A stretch of 64,000 nt of DNA from the NCBI GenBank assembly GCA_963793425.1, contig CAWCAG010000003.1, forward strand, positions 39,085 to 103,084, written 5' to 3'. The notes beneath the pieces are model-generated. The model was not told the DNA's origin and searched no databases. It saw only the letters and a program-made list of their open reading frames with translations. Source of the stretch: an uncultured cyanobacterium. Its GTDB lineage: Bacteria; Cyanobacteriota; Cyanobacteriia; Cyanobacteriales; CAWCAG01. Position numbers and translations under genes: made by a program. Positions 60,394 through 64,000 of the stretch are shown piece by piece; the stretch's first letter is position 1, and each line of letters starts with the position of its first letter.

Positions 60394-60540
60394 TGCTACA
60401 CCTGAAGGCTATAGATGTTGCTAAATTTCAATGATGCTGTGGGTCGAAGGCTAATTTAATTATTTAATTAAGAGAGAACAAAAGCAAGTTTTATTGTAAA
60501 AAACTTGACATAACACTGGAGTATGTCGAGAAGTTTGGAT

Positions 60541-61788
60541 ATGACGGCCTAGAGTCTGATGAGGGGTCTTCGCCCCTTGATTCGGAAAAATTAGAGAGCG
60601 ATTATTCTTGAGCTAGTTTCTTAGCTATGTAGTTAATTTGTACTAAATAATTTGACAATTCCGTCTACACAAGTTCAAAAGTTTCAGAAAAAAGTGTTCG
60701 ACAAAAAAGCTCAATTACTCAATTAAGTAATTACTTAATTGAGTAACTAATAAAAACTAGCTTTCCTTCATGAGTAGAGACTAGCTAAGATGGCAAAAGT
60801 CACCTAAATTTTAAGAACTTTGTCTCAACAACCATCTGCTTTCTCCGATAGTAATTATGTAACCTCTATTAGATTGTGCAACGATGCCTTGCACAATTGC
60901 TTTGGAATCATAAATGCTGTAGAAAAAATCGATTATGGCGCAGATGAGGAAAGTTCACTTTAGCAGCGGCCAGAGTAAGAGTCGTTACTTAATTACTTAG
61001 TTGAGTAATTAAGTAACTAAGTATTCTAGCAGTTACCATGAAAATTAATAGCCTTGGCATTAGAAGCAATTTCAACTTGAGAGTAGTACTAATTATGAAA
61101 TAATCAAATTATTCAACAGTTGAGGAACTAAGCAACTAAGTAATTAACCAACTAAGTAATTGAGTAATTGAGTAAAATGACTATCATCGCCCTCGTCAAT
61201 CAAAAAGGGGGAACAGGTAAAACTTGTACGGCACTACATCTGGCTTATTATCTAGCAGTGAAAAAGAAAAAAACCGTACTGCTAATAGACACAGATGCCC
61301 AGAGATCCGCCACAGAATGGGTATCAACTCTCCAATGTAACTTACCTAGTTCCTTAATCACCGACCCCAACATCTTGGCAGATGCCATTCCAGACCTAGC
61401 AGAAAAACAGGAATATACCATTATTGACGCTGCGGGTAATATCTCAGAAACTACCCGTGTCATTCTCAGCTATGCAGATAAAGCGATTATCCCTTGTCAA
61501 CCTACAGCCCTTGACTTGCAATCATCAGGTAATGCTATTAATCTAATACGTCAAGCAAGGAGAATTCGTAAAGGTGAACCAAAGGCGGCAGTATTTATCA
61601 ATCGGGCTGTTCCCAGAACTAGGCTCAAAGCAGAAGCCTTAGATTTATTAGCCTCCTTAGAAGATATCAAACTACTCAAAAGTGTCATACATCAACGTCA
61701 GGCGATTGCTGATTCTGCGGGACAAGAAAAAGTAGTATGGGAACTAGGTCGTAGCGGAAAAGAAGCAGCTAGGGAATATGACTCTCTA
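60541..61788 (+). repeat. Inverted duplicate of about 16775..18012 (integrase 3' tip, repeat clusters, parA)
   Basis: Reverse-complement colinearity across the whole intergenic region and parA. Confidence 0.9.
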
Positions 61789-61830
61789 GACATCTCCGAA
61801 AAAGAATCAAACTATAATAAAAGAAGATAA
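61177..61830 (+). CDS. parA: ParA copy with its last codons replaced by IS sequence
   Basis: Six substitutions relative to 16746..17381; diverges after EYDSL at the IS boundary. Confidence 0.88.
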   Translation: MTIIALVNQKGGTGKTCTALHLAYYLAVKKKKTVLLIDTDAQRSATEWVSTLQCNLPSSLITDPNILADAIPDLAEKQEYTIIDAAGNISETTRVILSYADKAIIPCQPTALDLQSSGNAINLIRQARRIRKGEPKAAVFINRAVPRTRLKAEALDLLASLEDIKLLKSVIHQRQAIADSAGQEKVVWELGRSGKEAAREYDSLDISEKESNYNKRR

Positions 61831-62819
61831 AAGAGAATTTTCAATCAGAAATAATGAGTAAAATACTGGAATATATTCAGCAACATCCCAGAGAATCTCA
61901 GCGTTTAGTAGGTTTAAAATATGAACAGTTAGAAAAACTGCTCTCCAAGGTTATTGAACTAGAAGCTCAAAAACGAAAATTAGCTGAAGCTCAAAAAGTT
62001 AGAATTATTGGTTCTGGAGGTGGTAGAAAAGCAAAACTATCTCCACCAGAACAAGTAATCCTAACCTTAACATATTTACGGCATTTAACGACATTTCAGC
62101 TACTAGGGATTCAGTTTGGTGTCAGTGAAACAACTGCTAATAATATTTTTAACTATTGGTGTCCCTTATTAGGAGAATTATTACCAGCAAGTATCTATGA
62201 GCAGGTAAAAAAAACGAGTGTGACTATGAAATAGTCAAAGAGATGTTAGCAGAGTTCGAGTTAATTGTAGATAGCTATGAGCAGCCTATAGAAAGACCTG
62301 GAAAGCATGAAGAGCAAAAGAAGTATTACTCAGGTAAAAAAGCTAATCACACAAGAAAAACTCAAGTAATTGTTTTACCAAAAGGTCAAGATATTGTCGA
62401 TGTGGAAGCGGGCTTACCAGGTCCAAAAAGTGACATCAAACTATTTAGGGAAACGAAAACAAAATTTAGTGACCAGCAAAAGTTTAGTGGAGATAAAGCT
62501 TATCAAGGAGACAAATCAACGAGAACTCCTCTAAAGAAGCCGAGAAAAAAACAACTAAATGCTCAAGAAAAACAAAGAAATAAAGAGCTATCTAAGGAGC
62601 GAATATTCGTAGAACATTTAATTAGATTAATTAAGATATTTAGAGTAGCTACTGAAAGATTTAGATTAAATTCCCATAAATATGAGCAGGTAGTTATGAC
62701 AATTTGTGGGCTAGTGAGATTAAGAATTGGTGCTTTTGTATTTTAGTGAAGATATATCTGCCCTTGCCCTTAGTAAATAACTATCTAATTAGAGCTATCT
62801 TTTTGTTAGTTATGGGTAG
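61789..62819 (+). mobile_element. IS5-family (IS702-like) element, right end cut off by IS630
   Basis: Begins GACATCTCC after CTA; no matching GGAGATGTC before the IS630. Confidence 0.75.
61854..62746 (+). CDS. IS5-family transposase (ORFs 61854..62234 and 62243..62746, probable -1 frameshift)
   Basis: GGGRKAKL...FQLLGIQFGVSETTA; A8 at 62207-62214; IVDSYEQPIERP, YYSGKK, GDKAYQG, RIFVEHLI. Confidence 0.85.
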
Positions 62820-64000
62820 TAAGCTGTTAAGCATTTAAACTGTGATAATAGCATTGCCTTTATTTTTGAGCTTTCGTCCCCATTTAATAATTAAGCCACC
62901 TTCGTTTAGCAGCTTATGTAGTAAACACTCTAATTCTTCAATAGACTTAAAGAGTCGATTAGCAATATATTCTTTGGCTGAATGCCAAACTAGTTCAATT
63001 AAGTTATAATCTGGGCTATATTCTGGTAAATATTCTAAGTGAATATTCGGCATTTCCCCTTCTATCTTCTGAATATATTCTTTCTTTTTATGAAAACTAG
63101 CGTTATCGAGAATAATCACTATCTTAGGTCCTTTTTCATCAAATTCTTCTCTTTTATTTCCCCCTTCAATCCATTCATTGATTATCTCTTGGTAAAAGCT
63201 TTTTAGAACTTCATAAAAATTCTTGCTATTGCTTTTATCAAGGAAATCGACAAATCTTTTTTTATCTGAGTGACGCAATGCTCCCATAACGTTAACTCTC
63301 CCTTTCCTTCTATCTCCTCTGACTTTTCTACGCTTTCCTTTTTCAGACCAATTTTTCCTTCTAATCACTCTTAAACTGAAACCACTCTCGTCCCAAAACC
63401 AGACCTGGACAAGCTCTGGCTTCTCTTTTTCTATCTTTAAATACTCATCTATTTTCTTCTGAAAAGCTTTTCTTTTTTGAGGGTCGCTCTTTTTCTCTAA
63501 GCTATATTTTGTCCATAGATAAACGTACTTTTTTCTTGCTAAAATTCTCCTTACTTGGGAACCGCTTAATTTTATACCTGTTACTTCTTCTAAATATGTT
63601 GCTAATCTTTGGGCTGACCATCTCCCAAACTCATATCCTAATTCTTGCGGCTCTTTTTCTATTGTTTCTAATAATATTTCTATATATTTCTCTGTTACTT
63701 TTTGATGATTCCCTTTCATCCTTTCGTCTTTAAGACTCTCTAAGTTGTCTGGGTCTCCATGGACGCACCAGTAGCAGACTTTATTCTTTGAGCAACCGAC
63801 AAATTCAGCAATATCTTGCTGGGTTTTACCATCATTTAGTAATAGTAAGATGAGAATTCTTTCTCTAATATTCCCATTTTCTTCTCTCTTTAGAGCTTTT
63901 TGTAGCTTTTCTTTTTGTTCTGATGTGAGATGATTTTTGGCTGGCATTTTACGCTGATTTTGATTTTAGATTATACCCTATTTAAAAGCATGACAGCTTA
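62820..64000 (-). mobile_element. IS630-family element (copy 2 of 2)
   Basis: Same terminal repeats as 34561..35741; ends exactly at the window edge. Confidence 0.92.
62835..63947 (-). CDS. IS630 transposase
   Basis: Differs from 34576..35688 at two residues seen by eye (KATEK/KVTEK, LKTEK/LKIEK). Confidence 0.93.
   Translation of the reverse strand: MPAKNHLTSEQKEKLQKALKREENGNIRERILILLLLNDGKTQQDIAEFVGCSKNKVCYWCVHGDPDNLESLKDERMKGNHQKVTEKYIEILLETIEKEPQELGYEFGRWSAQRLATYLEEVTGIKLSGSQVRRILARKKYVYLWTKYSLEKKSDPQKRKAFQKKIDEYLKIEKEKPELVQVWFWDESGFSLRVIRRKNWSEKGKRRKVRGDRRKGRVNVMGALRHSDKKRFVDFLDKSNSKNFYEVLKSFYQEIINEWIEGGNKREEFDEKGPKIVIILDNASFHKKKEYIQKIEGEMPNIHLEYLPEYSPDYNLIELVWHSAKEYIANRLFKSIEELECLLHKLLNEGGLIIKWGRKLKNKGNAIITV

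Noticed and set aside
62760..62819. Left flank of IS630 copy 2 as the missing hsdM continuation (reads ATTHN*Q if joined)
   Set aside because: It stops immediately, shows no further similarity, and fits better as the 3' untranslated part of the IS5 element.

Overview
AT-rich cyanobacterial plasmid-like DNA, judged from HIP1 GCGATCGC octamers and cyanobacterial-type Rep, ParA, Uma2 and FHA proteins. No housekeeping, rRNA, tRNA or CRISPR features were seen. 1-16.5 kb is a surface/secretion island: a giant Calx-beta/Ig/PPC-repeat protein with an LEP-type leader, divergent from a PqqD-like/M50 peptidase, a HlyD-like protein, an FHA-domain exoprotein and a hypothetical gene. 16.5-33.7 kb and 42.5-61.8 kb are two diverged, inverted sister modules. 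Each has a primase-helicase Rep with a conserved structured leader, an RHH-like gene, an eight-gene operon ending in a membrane P-loop ATPase and a membrane-anchored GIY-YIG protein, relaxase-related genes, a TA system, integrase remnants and ParA. Between them is a type I R-M locus with an embedded HEPN/MNT pair and an IS-truncated hsdM. Five IS copies are present. Comparing the two operons reveals two features absent from the ORF track: a signal-peptide microprotein ending in CRGAGR (PatX/PatS-like), and a probable -1 frameshift that adds a transmembrane tail to an HTH protein. All family calls come from motif recognition by eye, not from database searches.
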